This document shows positions 50,462-60,521 of a stretch of DNA of 64,000 nt, in pieces. The notes beneath the pieces were generated by a model. That model worked only from the letters and a program-made list of their open reading frames with translations. It ran no database searches and was not told where the DNA came from. Every line of letters starts with the position of its first letter. Within the stretch, counting starts at the first letter, position 1. The position numbers were made by a program, and so were the translations under genes. Source of the stretch: Gammaproteobacteria bacterium (lineage in GTDB: Bacteria; Pseudomonadota; Gammaproteobacteria; Eutrophobiales; Eutrophobiaceae); assembly GCA_965221695.1 (NCBI GenBank), contig OZ244905.1, positions 896,001-960,000 of the forward strand. The letters run 5' to 3'.

Positions 50462-52129
50462 TCACTCTTGGACTCTTGTACTCTGTCTGTGCAGATCTTG
50501 CCGGACACGCCGTAATGTGCTCTGACGCGCAACCTCCCACATCAAAGCCCACTTGAACTTATAACAGGCGCCATCGATATTCCCTGTCTTTAACAGTTCC
50601 CCGCTTCTGAGCAGCGAATTCAATGCATGATCAAGCTCGTTCCTGTTGTGGGGCCACATCTCTGCTAACAGAGAATAGTTGAACTTGCGACCTAACGCGG
50701 CGCCAATTTTCGCAGCTTTCCTGACAACAGGTTCATGCCGATCCAATCTTGCCATCAAAACAGTCCAGATCTTGTCGGGTATCTGGAATTCTTCCCGGCT
50801 TGGCTGCCGGCTTCCGTTGGTTTTACGTCGCGTTTGCAACGCTTTTCTGGTTAATTCTTCCAAGAACATCGGTATACCATCGCCTTTGGCGATGATTCCA
50901 GACATACTATGAGCAGAAATCTGTCTATTACCAGCGCGCCTGAGAATAAAAGCTCGGGCGGCGGCCTGATGCAACGGGCTAAGGCGAATAGTTTCCACAT
51001 GCCCTTGTTTAAGCCAGTTTTTCGGCGGTTGAAAATCTGGCTGGTGGGATATAGCCAGCAGTATCGGCTTATCCGGCGTCTGCGCTATCAGTTTGTCGAT
51101 TAATGCCAGCGCCGCGCTATCGCAGCGCTGCGCGTCTTCCAGAATGATCAGGCAAGGCCAGTCCGAGACACCTTTTCCGGATAGTTTTTTCCCGGCACAA
51201 AAATTTTCGGTAGCCGTTCCGCTTATGACCTGCAATTGCGAAATATGCGGGCGTAGGATGTCTTTTATATTCTCAGGCGAACATTGCAGGATAAATTGTT
51301 CCGAACATTGTCTGGATAGATTTATTCGCAACGTCTCCAGCAGCTTTGTTTTTCCCGTTCCTGTCTCACCGGAAATCAGGGCCACTCTGCCGGACTGAGT
51401 TCGAGCCAGGTCCCAGAGTTCGACGAGCCGGCCATATTTTTTTACCCTACCCGCCAGTTCCATCAGTTTGGCTGGTTTACTCGGGTAGGCATGAGTTTGT
51501 ATATTTGAAGGCCCGGCAACCTGCCATAGTTTCTGTGGCATTTTATATCCGCGCAATGATGAATTTCCCAGATATTTCAGTTCAAAAGAGTTGTGTATCA
51601 GATAATGCGTGTTCCCACACACCATAACCGTATCCGGTTGCGCCTCAGACTGTAATCTTGCGGCCAGATTAGGCGCTTCGCCGATAACGACTTGATCATA
51701 CATCTTGCCAGATCCCCCTGCATCGCCAACCAGCGTCACCCCGGAAGCAATGCCTACGCGAATGGAGATATCTTTCCAATAACTGTTAGCCGCCGCCTTT
51801 CGGATATTGATTGCATTGAGCAGTTCCAGGGCCGCACAAACAGCCCGCACAGCATCATTTCCATAGGCGCGGGGATAACCAAAAAAACTCATGATGCCGT
51901 CTCCCGTGAAACTAGCGGGAAAACCATTGTGACTGTTGATAATTTCAGCGCCGAGCCGCCGGTATGCCAGGATAAGATCCAGCAGGCATTCCGGGTCCAA
52001 TTGCGCAGTCAGGCGAGTCGAATTTACCATGTCACAGAACATGACAGTGAGAAATCTACGTTCAAGATGGCCGGCAGAGTCAAAATGCTGGCGTTGCAGG
52101 TGGGCAGGATGGGAAAAGGCGTATTCCAT
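50462..52129 (-). CDS. Class III adenylate/guanylate cyclase fused to a shortened AAA/STAND-like ATPase
   Basis: FCDMVNST, GDG, GEAPNLAARLQ; Walker A GETGTGKT. Confidence 0.82.
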   Translation of the reverse strand: MEYAFSHPAHLQRQHFDSAGHLERRFLTVMFCDMVNSTRLTAQLDPECLLDLILAYRRLGAEIINSHNGFPASFTGDGIMSFFGYPRAYGNDAVRAVCAALELLNAINIRKAAANSYWKDISIRVGIASGVTLVGDAGGSGKMYDQVVIGEAPNLAARLQSEAQPDTVMVCGNTHYLIHNSFELKYLGNSSLRGYKMPQKLWQVAGPSNIQTHAYPSKPAKLMELAGRVKKYGRLVELWDLARTQSGRVALISGETGTGKTKLLETLRINLSRQCSEQFILQCSPENIKDILRPHISQLQVISGTATENFCAGKKLSGKGVSDWPCLIILEDAQRCDSAALALIDKLIAQTPDKPILLAISHQPDFQPPKNWLKQGHVETIRLSPLHQAAARAFILRRAGNRQISAHSMSGIIAKGDGIPMFLEELTRKALQTRRKTNGSRQPSREEFQIPDKIWTVLMARLDRHEPVVRKAAKIGAALGRKFNYSLLAEMWPHNRNELDHALNSLLRSGELLKTGNIDGACYKFKWALMWEVARQSTLRRVRQDLHRQSTRVQE

Positions 52130-52288
52130 TACAATCGGGATGGAGAAAGCGTAATTTAAGTGTTCAATCGGTCCAGTCAAAATACAATGCCGTCCCTGCT
52201 ACAGCATCAATTCTACTGAACAGGGAGTTCAGTCAAATACTATGTCGCCTCCTGCCTGCGCGGGACAAGCTGTGGACAACTTTTTATT

Positions 52289-52447
52289 TTAATAAACTCT
52301 GAATCAGTTCATCCCGGACTTGTCAGAGCGCGTAAAACAAAAAAGCGACTTTCGTTTTACTCACTAAATCAATGACATAAAGTCATCGATTTCGACAGCA
52401 CGTCCCTACGCTGCAGGATCCTCTGACTAAATCAGAGATTCTCTTAC
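52289..52447 (-). mobile_element. Full-length MITE copy 4, inverted and diverged
   Basis: aactctgaatcagttcatcccggacttgtcag...ctctgactaaatcagagattctctta. Confidence 0.8.
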
Positions 52448-52519
52448 ATTCTATCAAATTCCCGTTTGCGTGAGAATTATCTCAGAGGTAATTGTTGAAA
52501 GTATAATATTGTCCCGGTC

Positions 52520-53599
52520 CTACCGCAACATCTGATTGACCGCTTCGGTAAATGACGCATATTGGTCGAGTAGTGAGTTTGCCGCATTGAACTGTCCTTT
52601 GGCCCTGATCTCACTGTGTTCGCTATGGCTGCCGAACCGTTTCGGGTCCCATGAGAAATAATCCTCATTTAAGGCATCGGCACAAAACCGGGCCGCCAAC
52701 TCAAGGTATATGGTCAGCGTCGCTGCCGGGACAGCAAGCCATTCCTCCCGCGTGAGCAATTCTCCGGCATGGTGGAAGTAAGCTACAAGCGCCGCTCGGC
52801 AATGAGGTATAGAGAAGTAAGCGTCAGTGGAATCTTCCCCGGCGGGGTTGCACCAGGAACGCAGCGCATCGCCTAGTTCCAGGTAGATCGGCATTCTGTT
52901 CAATGTGTCGAAATCAACCATGCAGAGCGCTTCACGGCCGTCGTTTGAAAAGATGAAATTGGATATCTTCGGGTCGCCGTGAACCATCCTTGCAGCCACT
53001 TCAGGCAATGCCGGAAGCTGGTCCAGACGCGCCAGAATGGCTTCTCCCAAGGGTTTAACCAGCGCGTGCCTGGAATGGCTGCGGCGTTCTGTCAGGCTAT
53101 TTTTCAGTCGCAAAGCATGTAGCGGCGTGTCGTGCGCAGCCGGCTGGTCTGTCTGTAATTCGTAATCAAGCAGCGCCAGAGCCGAATGCACGCGCCCCAA
53201 CATGGCGCCCGCCGCGCGCGCCATATCGGAGTGTTCCAAGCGCTCGTAGACGCTGCCGCTGATATGATTGAATAAACGCCAGACCCATCCGTCTACGCAC
53301 AAATACACCATTCCGCGGGAGTCCGGCAACAACCTGGGAGCCAACAGGCCGGATTGCTGTAAATGGCGGGTTACAATATCGATATCCAGATTTATTTCAG
53401 GGGGGAACCTGCTGTTTACCTGCTGTAATATGTAATCCAGGCCTTTGCTGTCTGTGACGCGATAAGTTTTGTTGATCAGTCCGGTATCCACCGCTCGAAT
53501 TTGCGCGGGAGTGACCGCGTAAGCCGCAAGCACATTTTGGATCTGTTCAGTTGGTAACGCATCCATGACCGGAAAGAATCTCACACCGATCGAATTCAT
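52520..53599 (-). CDS. APH/choline-kinase-like phosphotransferase
   Basis: GLINKTY, HGDPKISNF, VDFDT. Confidence 0.85.
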   Translation of the reverse strand: MNSIGVRFFPVMDALPTEQIQNVLAAYAVTPAQIRAVDTGLINKTYRVTDSKGLDYILQQVNSRFPPEINLDIDIVTRHLQQSGLLAPRLLPDSRGMVYLCVDGWVWRLFNHISGSVYERLEHSDMARAAGAMLGRVHSALALLDYELQTDQPAAHDTPLHALRLKNSLTERRSHSRHALVKPLGEAILARLDQLPALPEVAARMVHGDPKISNFIFSNDGREALCMVDFDTLNRMPIYLELGDALRSWCNPAGEDSTDAYFSIPHCRAALVAYFHHAGELLTREEWLAVPAATLTIYLELAARFCADALNEDYFSWDPKRFGSHSEHSEIRAKGQFNAANSLLDQYASFTEAVNQMLR

Positions 53600-53657
53600 G
53601 CAATTTAGAATCTACACCGCAATCGAATACGACTCGGCGAAATTCTCAAACAAAAGC

Positions 53658-53890
53658 TTGCCAACATTACCCTGGAAGCGCTGGAAAAGGATTATCATCA
53701 TGACGGCGCATTGCCAAAAGCGCCACCGGAGTGTTACCACGTAAAAGACACCTACGTACATCCTGCCACGGCGCTGGCGCTCACTCGTGACGATCCCGCC
53801 CTTGGAGAGCAAACCATTACCGCAATCAGGGAAGAGATCCAGGAGGTGTTAGGGCATACGGAAGTCGTCCGGCAACGGGTCATATATTGA
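53658..53890 (+). pseudogene. 233-bp orphan 3' fragment of the 48981-49586 gene
   Basis: Ungapped alignment to 49354-49586, about 30 substitutions by hand count, no start or 5' half. Confidence 0.9.
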
Positions 53891-53930
53891 ACTGAAAGTC
53901 TTCAAGCAATCGCGCCACCAGGCTGGCACG

Positions 53931-53978
53931 GTGATACACACAAAATATATCTCCCGGTCCCGGCCGATAAGTTGACGA
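53931..53978 (-). pseudogene. hemP remnant
   Basis: caaaatatatctcccggtcccggccgataagttga matches hemP near 47399-47436 (QLIGRDREIYIL). Confidence 0.8.
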
Positions 53979-53989
53979 ATGTATGCCAG

Positions 53990-54028
53990 TTAGAGAAGCT
54001 CTGAGGCTTAATCTCAGAGGTTTCTTAA
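53990..54028. repeat. Mini MITE
   Basis: ttagagaagctctgag-gcttaat-ctcagaggtttcttaa followed by catgg. Confidence 0.75.
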
Positions 54029-54056
54029 CATGGGTATCCTGTAAAAACCTGTGATT

Positions 54057-55376
54057 TTATCGGACCCAGGTTATTATCCAGGATGGTTCGTCTGCTACCG
54101 CAGCAAAGTCTGTATCGATCCAGAAGCCTGTGACCAGGGCCAGTCTGTCGTTGATAAAGATGAGGGGTATGCGCTCACGTAGCCACGGCGGGGTTCTGGC
54201 TTCCTGGAACAGTTTCTTCAGCTTATGCCGGCAAGACCTGCCTGGCAGACTAATTTTCTCTCCACCGCGACGATAACGGATTTCCACCCGCGCGCCGGCG
54301 CAGACCTGCTGCTTGAGCCCACTACCGCGGCCTGCTGTGGCAGTCAATTCTCCATCATCCAGGCAGCAGGGCGCCGGCAAATCCCAGACCCGTACCGCTG
54401 ATCTGTCAAATGCTTTCAAGGGCGCGCCAAGGTAAATGTATTGCCCGTAGCGTTTTATCTCCGCGCCGTTCCAACTGACCCGCGCCATTGAGTCGCGTCT
54501 GGAATTGATGATATCGGAAAGAATATGGCTCAGTTGGCGGCTGTCAGGAAGCGTTAAATCCAGCATACGACACCAGTAACGGACCACGTTCTTCTGTCTG
54601 GGAGAGGACAGTCGTTGCATCCGATCGACATACGCGATGCCTGAGTCTTCAGCGCGGCAGAACAACAGGTCCTGGCGGGCCAGATCATTCAGAAGTTCTT
54701 GAGTTTCAGCTAGGATGTCGATGGTTCGGCTGATCGGGAGCGCTACCGAAGGCCACTTGTGCTGAATTACCGGCAACGCTTGATGGCGGAGGTAATTCCG
54801 ATCCAGTTGTATATCGCTGTTGGAAGGGTCTTCAATCCAGCGCAGGCCATGAAGTTGAGCGTAGGTCAATAACTGGGCGCGTGAATAATTCAGCAGCGGA
54901 CGCGCATGAAACCCTTGCCCGAACCTGCGCACAGGCCGCATCGATACCAGTCCCAAGACACCAGCCCCGCGCAACAGCCGCAACAGGAACGTCTCAACCT
55001 GATCGTCCTGATGATGCGCGGTCAGCAAGACCTCGCCTTCTGCAAGGATAGCTTCAATTGCCCCATAGCGTTTGCGCCTGGCCCAGCTTTCAGGGCTTTC
55101 CTTATTCGGACTGCTTGCGTCGACATCCAGCGTTTCCAGTTTTACGCCCAGCGCGCGGCATATCTTTCGGCAATGCCGGACCCAAGAGCCGCTTTCCGGA
55201 TGCAGATGATGGTTAATATGCACAGCCCTGAACTGGCGATCGGAATCCTTGGCGAGAGTGGACATCAGAAACAACAGCACATGGGAATCGAGACCGCCGC
55301 TGTAAGCTACAAGGTAGCGCCCAGCATCCGGAAGCGTGTCAAGGAAAGCCGCGATGCTTTCAGCGCTGAGCCGCAT
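54057..55376 (-). CDS. tilS: tRNA(Ile)-lysidine synthetase
   Basis: AYSGGLDS, TAHHQDDQVET, RNYLR. Confidence 0.95.
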   Translation of the reverse strand: MRLSAESIAAFLDTLPDAGRYLVAYSGGLDSHVLLFLMSTLAKDSDRQFRAVHINHHLHPESGSWVRHCRKICRALGVKLETLDVDASSPNKESPESWARRKRYGAIEAILAEGEVLLTAHHQDDQVETFLLRLLRGAGVLGLVSMRPVRRFGQGFHARPLLNYSRAQLLTYAQLHGLRWIEDPSNSDIQLDRNYLRHQALPVIQHKWPSVALPISRTIDILAETQELLNDLARQDLLFCRAEDSGIAYVDRMQRLSSPRQKNVVRYWCRMLDLTLPDSRQLSHILSDIINSRRDSMARVSWNGAEIKRYGQYIYLGAPLKAFDRSAVRVWDLPAPCCLDDGELTATAGRGSGLKQQVCAGARVEIRYRRGGEKISLPGRSCRHKLKKLFQEARTPPWLRERIPLIFINDRLALVTGFWIDTDFAAVADEPSWIITWVR

Positions 55377-56344
55377 TACTCATGAAAATGCCCATAGGAT
55401 CGGAGTCGTGTTTGACGAGCTTCCAGAAGCTCTTCAATGCCCACTTGCTGAAGTTCGCTCAATTGTTGTTTTATCTGTGCGCTCACGCTGGAGGCCACCT
55501 GATCGTAATCTCTATGCGCCCCGCCCAACGGTTCCTCAATGATGGTGTCAATCAGGCCGAGCCGTAGCAGCCTGCGGGCGGTTACGCCTAGCGCTTCCGC
55601 CGCGTCTTCTGCCTTGCCCGAGTCCTTCCATAAAATGGATGCGCAGCCCTCAGGCGAAATCACCGAGTAAGTGCTATATTGCAGCATGTTCAACCGGTCG
55701 CCCACGCCAATTGCCAAGGCGCCCCCGGATCCCCCCTCGCCAATGACTATCGATATAACCGGTGTTCGCAACTCCGACATAACCATCAGGTTTCTGGCGA
55801 TGGCCTCGCTTTGTCCGCGCTCTTCGGCGCCGATGCCGGGATAAGCGCCGGGCGTATCGATAAAGGTAATCGTCGGAAGTTTAAATCGTTCCGCGAGTTG
55901 CATAATGCGCAAGGCTTTGCGATAGCCTTCCGGCTTTGGCATGCCATAGTTCCGGTAGATCCTATCCTTGATGTCTCTGCCCTTCTGGTGCCCGACCAGC
56001 GCAACCGGCTCACCCTCGAAACGGCCAATCCCTGTTACGATTGCAGGGTCATCCGCAAAATTACGATCGCCGTGCAGTTCAATGAAATCGGAAAATATTC
56101 TGCCAACATAGTCAAGGGTATAAGGCCGGAGGGGGTGCCGGGCTATCTGAGAAACCTGCCAGGCATTGAGTGTGGCAAAAATTGCCTGTGTCAGATCCTT
56201 GCTGCGCTTTTGCAGGCGGGTGATCTCATTGTGGATATTCAGTTCGCCATCGTCACTGACGTGGCGCAACTCTTCGATCTTCGCCTCCAACTCAGCGATG
56301 GGTTGCTCAAAATCGAGAAAATTAACTGATTGTTGCTGTTCCAT
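55376..56344 (-). CDS. accA: Acetyl-CoA carboxylase carboxyltransferase alpha
   Basis: [30 protein letters not shown]. Confidence 0.97.
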   Translation of the reverse strand: MEQQQSVNFLDFEQPIAELEAKIEELRHVSDDGELNIHNEITRLQKRSKDLTQAIFATLNAWQVSQIARHPLRPYTLDYVGRIFSDFIELHGDRNFADDPAIVTGIGRFEGEPVALVGHQKGRDIKDRIYRNYGMPKPEGYRKALRIMQLAERFKLPTITFIDTPGAYPGIGAEERGQSEAIARNLMVMSELRTPVISIVIGEGGSGGALAIGVGDRLNMLQYSTYSVISPEGCASILWKDSGKAEDAAEALGVTARRLLRLGLIDTIIEEPLGGAHRDYDQVASSVSAQIKQQLSELQQVGIEELLEARQTRLRSYGHFHE

Positions 56345-56388
56345 GATACGGGTTAATCCACTGCCCAGCCGGATTTTTCAGATACAGG

Positions 56389-59300
56389 TTAAAGCTTCAC
56401 CCGTTTCGGAAAGTCCAGGCATACATTTGTCGCGCCCACCATGTCGGTAAGTTCGGTCATTAATTCGTCGCTGAATTTTACGCCCCACTCGCTGCCGAAA
56501 TTCAGGCAGGTTGAGACATTGTCGTTATTATATTCCATCAAAACCCGATTTGTCCCGGATCGATAACGCGACAATACCTCCTTGACTCCGAGGACAAACT
56601 TGTCGCTTAGCATATTTTTATTTATTTTCAAACGGATAGCTGCATATCGCCGCCGCAACTCAGAGATCGAGTAAATCTCAGCCGCAACTATGGATATGCC
56701 GGTCTCGTAGTAGTTATCTTGCGTCGCTTCCCCCTTCAATACGATAAGCTGATCTTTCTGTAGTAGTTCTCCGTACTTCTGGTAATTTTCGCTGTAAACC
56801 GTAACCTGCAGGCGCGCAGTTTTATCATCCAGATCCAGTTCGGCCATGCGTCCCCTGTTCCCGGTGCGGATGCGCAGATTCTCAATATAACCAGCCACCG
56901 TCAGACTCATGCCTGGCTTGACCTTCTCCAACCGGGCAGAAATAAACGGCGCCAACTCTTTTTCAAAACGAGTGATTGGATGTCCTGTCAGGTAAAACCC
57001 AAGAGTTTCCTTCTCCCCTTTCAGACGTGTGAGTTCTTCCCAGTCGGGCGCGCTGACATAAGGTGTTTCAGCTTCAGCAGACCCGTCCGTGTGTTGCGGC
57101 AGCAAGTCCGCGCCGAACATATCATTCTGTCCGACCTCGGCATTGCTGGCCTGCTGCTCAGCGAACCTCAGCGCCTTCTCCAGGCTTTCCGCCAGCACGC
57201 TTCTGGGTTGGCCGAAATCATCCAGCGCGCCGGACCGGATCAGCGCTTCTATTACCCGTTTGTTGAGAGGTCGCGGAGCCGTGCGCCTGCAGAATTCAAA
57301 CAGGTCGGAAAATTGGCCGCGCTCCCGCCTCTCCGCACACATGTTCTCAATAGCAGCGCGGCCTACACCCTTGATGGCGCCCAGACCATATAAAACAGCG
57401 CATTCATTAATCACCTTGAACTTATAATTGCTGTGATTCACAGATGGGGGTTTTATCGCCAGTTTCATCCTGTTCGACTCTTCGATCATCCGTACCGTCC
57501 GATCAGTATTATTCATGTCCGCGGACAGTACGGCAGCCATGAATGCGGCAGGATAATGGGTTTTCAACCAGGCGGTCTGGTAAGCAAGCAGCGCATAAGC
57601 AACAGAATGGGATTTGTTGAAGCCGTAGCCGGCAAACTTTTCCATCAGGTCAAATATGGAGGTGGCAACTGTTTTGCTGACCTGGTTATTCAGTGCGCCC
57701 TGCACGAAAATATCTCTTTGTTGCGCCATCTCTGCGCGCTTTTTCTTGCCCATGGCACGGCGCAGCAAATCGGCTGACCCCAGGGTGTAACCGCCCAGGA
57801 TGCGCGCTATCTGCATTACCTGTTCCTGGTACAGGATCACACCATAGGTCGGTTTCAGCACAGACTCAAGCAAAGGGTGGAGATAGCGCACCTTGGCTTT
57901 GCCTTTTTTCCGGTCGATAAAATCATCAACCATGCCCGAATCCAGGGGGCCGGGGCGGAATAATGCCACCAGCGCGACCAGATCATCGAATTTATCCGGT
58001 TCCAATCGTTTTATCAGTTTTCTCATCCCATCCGATTCAAGCTGGAATATTGCGCTGGTGTCCATGCGCCGTATAGTTGCATAGGTTGCGGCATCATCGA
58101 GCGCGATATGTTTTATCTCCAGGCTTGGGACGCCATTGTCAAGCAGCAGTTCATTGATATCTTTTACTGCCCAATCGATAATGGTCAGGGTGCGCAGTCC
58201 CAGGAAATCAAACTTGACCAGTCCGATGGCTTCCACATCTCCCATGTCAAACTGGGTTGACGTGACTGAAGTGTTTCTTTCGCAGTACAGCGGCATAAAC
58301 TCGGTCAAAGTCCAGGGCGAGATGACGATGCCACCCGCGTGTTTTCCCGCATTTCGGGATAGCCCCTCCAGTTTTTTTGCCAGGTCAATGAGGATTTTGA
58401 CCTCCTCTTCCTCATCGTATCGCTGTTTCAGTATCTCCTCCGCTGCCAGCGCCTTATCCAGAGTCATATCCAGTTCAAACGGGATTAACTTGGCTATCTT
58501 GTCTACGTAGCCGTAAGGGTGTCCGAGCGCCCTGCCTACATCGCGCACCACTGCTTTTGCCGCCATGCTGCCGAAAGTGATGATCTGGGAGACCCGGTCG
58601 CGCCCGTAACGGCTGGACACGTATTCGATTACTTCATCCCGTCTGTCCATACAGAAATCCACGTCAAAATCAGGTAGTGATACCCTGTCCGGATTCAGGA
58701 ACCGTTCGAACAGCAATTCATGATAAATCGGATCTAACTCGGTGATGCCCAAGACATAGGCAACCAGGGAACCGCCCCCGGAACCGCGTCCTGGCCCTAC
58801 CGGTATGCCCTGCTGTTTTGCCCAATGGATGAAATCAGCCACGATGAGGAAATAACCCGGAAAACCCATACTGGTGATCACATCAAGTTCATCGTCCAGA
58901 CGCTTTCGGTATTGATCCGGATCGATGCCACTTACTGCCGCCCGCTTGTCGCTCACCAGTCTTTCCAGGCCGTTATAGGCTTCCCGACGCAGCCAATCTG
59001 ACTGGTCGAATCCTTCCGGAACAGGAAACTCCGGCAGGTGATAATCCCCGAATTGCAGTTCAAGGTTGCAACGGATGGCGATATTGACGCTGTTCTGTAA
59101 CGCTTCGGGCAGGTCGTGAAACAACTCCTGCATCTGTTCCGGTGATTTCAGGTATTGTTCGCTGGTATAGGTTCGGGGACGTTTTGAGTCGTTGAGCGTA
59201 TTACCATTATTAATACAGACCCGGGCTTCGTGGGCCTCAAAGTCTTCAGGCGTCAGAAACCGGGCGTCATTGGTCGCAACCACGGGCAGTTCGAACTGCG

Positions 59301-59874
59301 CGGCAAGCTCCAGGGTTTCTTGAATATAAACATCTTCCCCAGGGCGGCCAACGCGTTGCAGCTCCAGATAGAACCGGTCAGGGAATAAATCCCGAAAATA
59401 CGCCAGATGTTGTCTGGCAGAATCGGGTTGGTTATGCATGATGGACTGGCCGACCGCGCCGCTCATTGCGCAGGACAAGGCGATCAGACCGTTCGAACGG
59501 CGCTGCATCCAGTCTCTTTGTATCACGGGCGTCCCGCGTGACTGGCCCTCGGTATAGCTTTGGGTGATCAATTCCGTCAGGGCTTTGAAGCCATCGTTAT
59601 TCTGGCAAAGCAGCACAAGCCTCTGGTTCTTATCGTCGCCGTTTTCATCCGCCAGGTTTATCTCTGCTCCAATGATGGGTTTGACGCCGCGGCTCAGGCA
59701 TTTCCGGTAGAACTTGACCATCGAAAACATGTTGTACAATTCGGTGATCGCGCCGGACCACATGCTTTTCTCAACCAGAGAGTCCACGTAATCGTCGACC
59801 CGTAGCAAACCGTCTACCAGAGAATATTCGGTGTGCGTATGTAAATGGACAAAATTATCCTGCATTTTTTGCAT
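56389..59874 (-). CDS. dnaE: DNA polymerase III alpha subunit
   Basis: FVHLHTHTEYSLVDG, GPGRGS, PDFDVDF, KFDFLGL. Confidence 0.97.
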   Translation of the reverse strand: MQKMQDNFVHLHTHTEYSLVDGLLRVDDYVDSLVEKSMWSGAITELYNMFSMVKFYRKCLSRGVKPIIGAEINLADENGDDKNQRLVLLCQNNDGFKALTELITQSYTEGQSRGTPVIQRDWMQRRSNGLIALSCAMSGAVGQSIMHNQPDSARQHLAYFRDLFPDRFYLELQRVGRPGEDVYIQETLELAAQFELPVVATNDARFLTPEDFEAHEARVCINNGNTLNDSKRPRTYTSEQYLKSPEQMQELFHDLPEALQNSVNIAIRCNLELQFGDYHLPEFPVPEGFDQSDWLRREAYNGLERLVSDKRAAVSGIDPDQYRKRLDDELDVITSMGFPGYFLIVADFIHWAKQQGIPVGPGRGSGGGSLVAYVLGITELDPIYHELLFERFLNPDRVSLPDFDVDFCMDRRDEVIEYVSSRYGRDRVSQIITFGSMAAKAVVRDVGRALGHPYGYVDKIAKLIPFELDMTLDKALAAEEILKQRYDEEEEVKILIDLAKKLEGLSRNAGKHAGGIVISPWTLTEFMPLYCERNTSVTSTQFDMGDVEAIGLVKFDFLGLRTLTIIDWAVKDINELLLDNGVPSLEIKHIALDDAATYATIRRMDTSAIFQLESDGMRKLIKRLEPDKFDDLVALVALFRPGPLDSGMVDDFIDRKKGKAKVRYLHPLLESVLKPTYGVILYQEQVMQIARILGGYTLGSADLLRRAMGKKKRAEMAQQRDIFVQGALNNQVSKTVATSIFDLMEKFAGYGFNKSHSVAYALLAYQTAWLKTHYPAAFMAAVLSADMNNTDRTVRMIEESNRMKLAIKPPSVNHSNYKFKVINECAVLYGLGAIKGVGRAAIENMCAERRERGQFSDLFEFCRRTAPRPLNKRVIEALIRSGALDDFGQPRSVLAESLEKALRFAEQQASNAEVGQNDMFGADLLPQHTDGSAEAETPYVSAPDWEELTRLKGEKETLGFYLTGHPITRFEKELAPFISARLEKVKPGMSLTVAGYIENLRIRTGNRGRMAELDLDDKTARLQVTVYSENYQKYGELLQKDQLIVLKGEATQDNYYETGISIVAAEIYSISELRRRYAAIRLKINKNMLSDKFVLGVKEVLSRYRSGTNRVLMEYNNDNVSTCLNFGSEWGVKFSDELMTELTDMVGATNVCLDFPKRVKL

Positions 59875-59915
59875 TCAGCCGCTTCGGGCAACCCCTGGCC
59901 AAATCAGAGGTCCTG

Positions 59916-60521
59916 TTATTCGGGCACAGAGCACAGATTAAACAAAAGAGATTGTTGTACCGGGGCGAAACTGCGCCGGTGAATTGGGCATGGACCGTGT
60001 TCGGCTAATGCCTGAATATGCTGCCGGGTCGGATAACCCTTGTGCCGGGCAAAGCCGTAACCCGGGTATTTTCGTTCCATTTCCCGCATTTCCTGGTCCC
60101 GGCACACCTTAGCCAGAATTGAAGCAGCGCTAATACATGCTTCAGTCTGGTCGCCTTTTATGATGGCGCTGACCGGACAACGGGTCTCGGGACAGCAGTT
60201 GCCGTCGACCAGCGCCTGCTCGGGCATAACGCTTAACCCCTCAATTGCCCGTTGCATGGCCAGTAAACTCGCTTGCAATATATTCAACCTGTCAATCTCA
60301 AGATGGTCGGCGCGGCCGATAGCATAGGCCAGCGCCTTCTCCCGAATAAGACCTGCCAGCCGCTCCCGGCGCGGTTCCGATAAGATCTTGGAATCGGCCA
60401 GTCCGGCAACCATGTCAGTCTGATCCAGAATCACTGCGGCTGCAATCACCGGCCCCGCCAGCGGCCCGCGGCCCGCCTCGTCGACGCCTGCCAGCAAGCG
60501 CGCGCGCTTCATCCTGAGCAA
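59916..60521 (-). CDS. rnhB: Ribonuclease HII
   Basis: [22 protein letters not shown]. Confidence 0.96.
   Translation of the reverse strand: MLRMKRARLLAGVDEAGRGPLAGPVIAAAVILDQTDMVAGLADSKILSEPRRERLAGLIREKALAYAIGRADHLEIDRLNILQASLLAMQRAIEGLSVMPEQALVDGNCCPETRCPVSAIIKGDQTEACISAASILAKVCRDQEMREMERKYPGYGFARHKGYPTRQHIQALAEHGPCPIHRRSFAPVQQSLLFNLCSVPE

Noticed and set aside
49354-53890. Possible diversity-generating retroelement TR/VR pair (233-bp duplication)
   Set aside because: Differences are not adenine-specific in either copy, are mostly synonymous third-position changes, and there is no reverse transcriptase in the window.
43035-54056. Prophage, integron or ICE explanation for the accessory region
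   Set aside because: No integrase, transposase, phage or conjugation genes and no attC-like sites were recognised in the window; a trans-acting enzyme elsewhere cannot be excluded.
56389-59874. Intein or split in dnaE
   Set aside because: Length (1161 aa) and motif order are ordinary and no intein motifs are visible.
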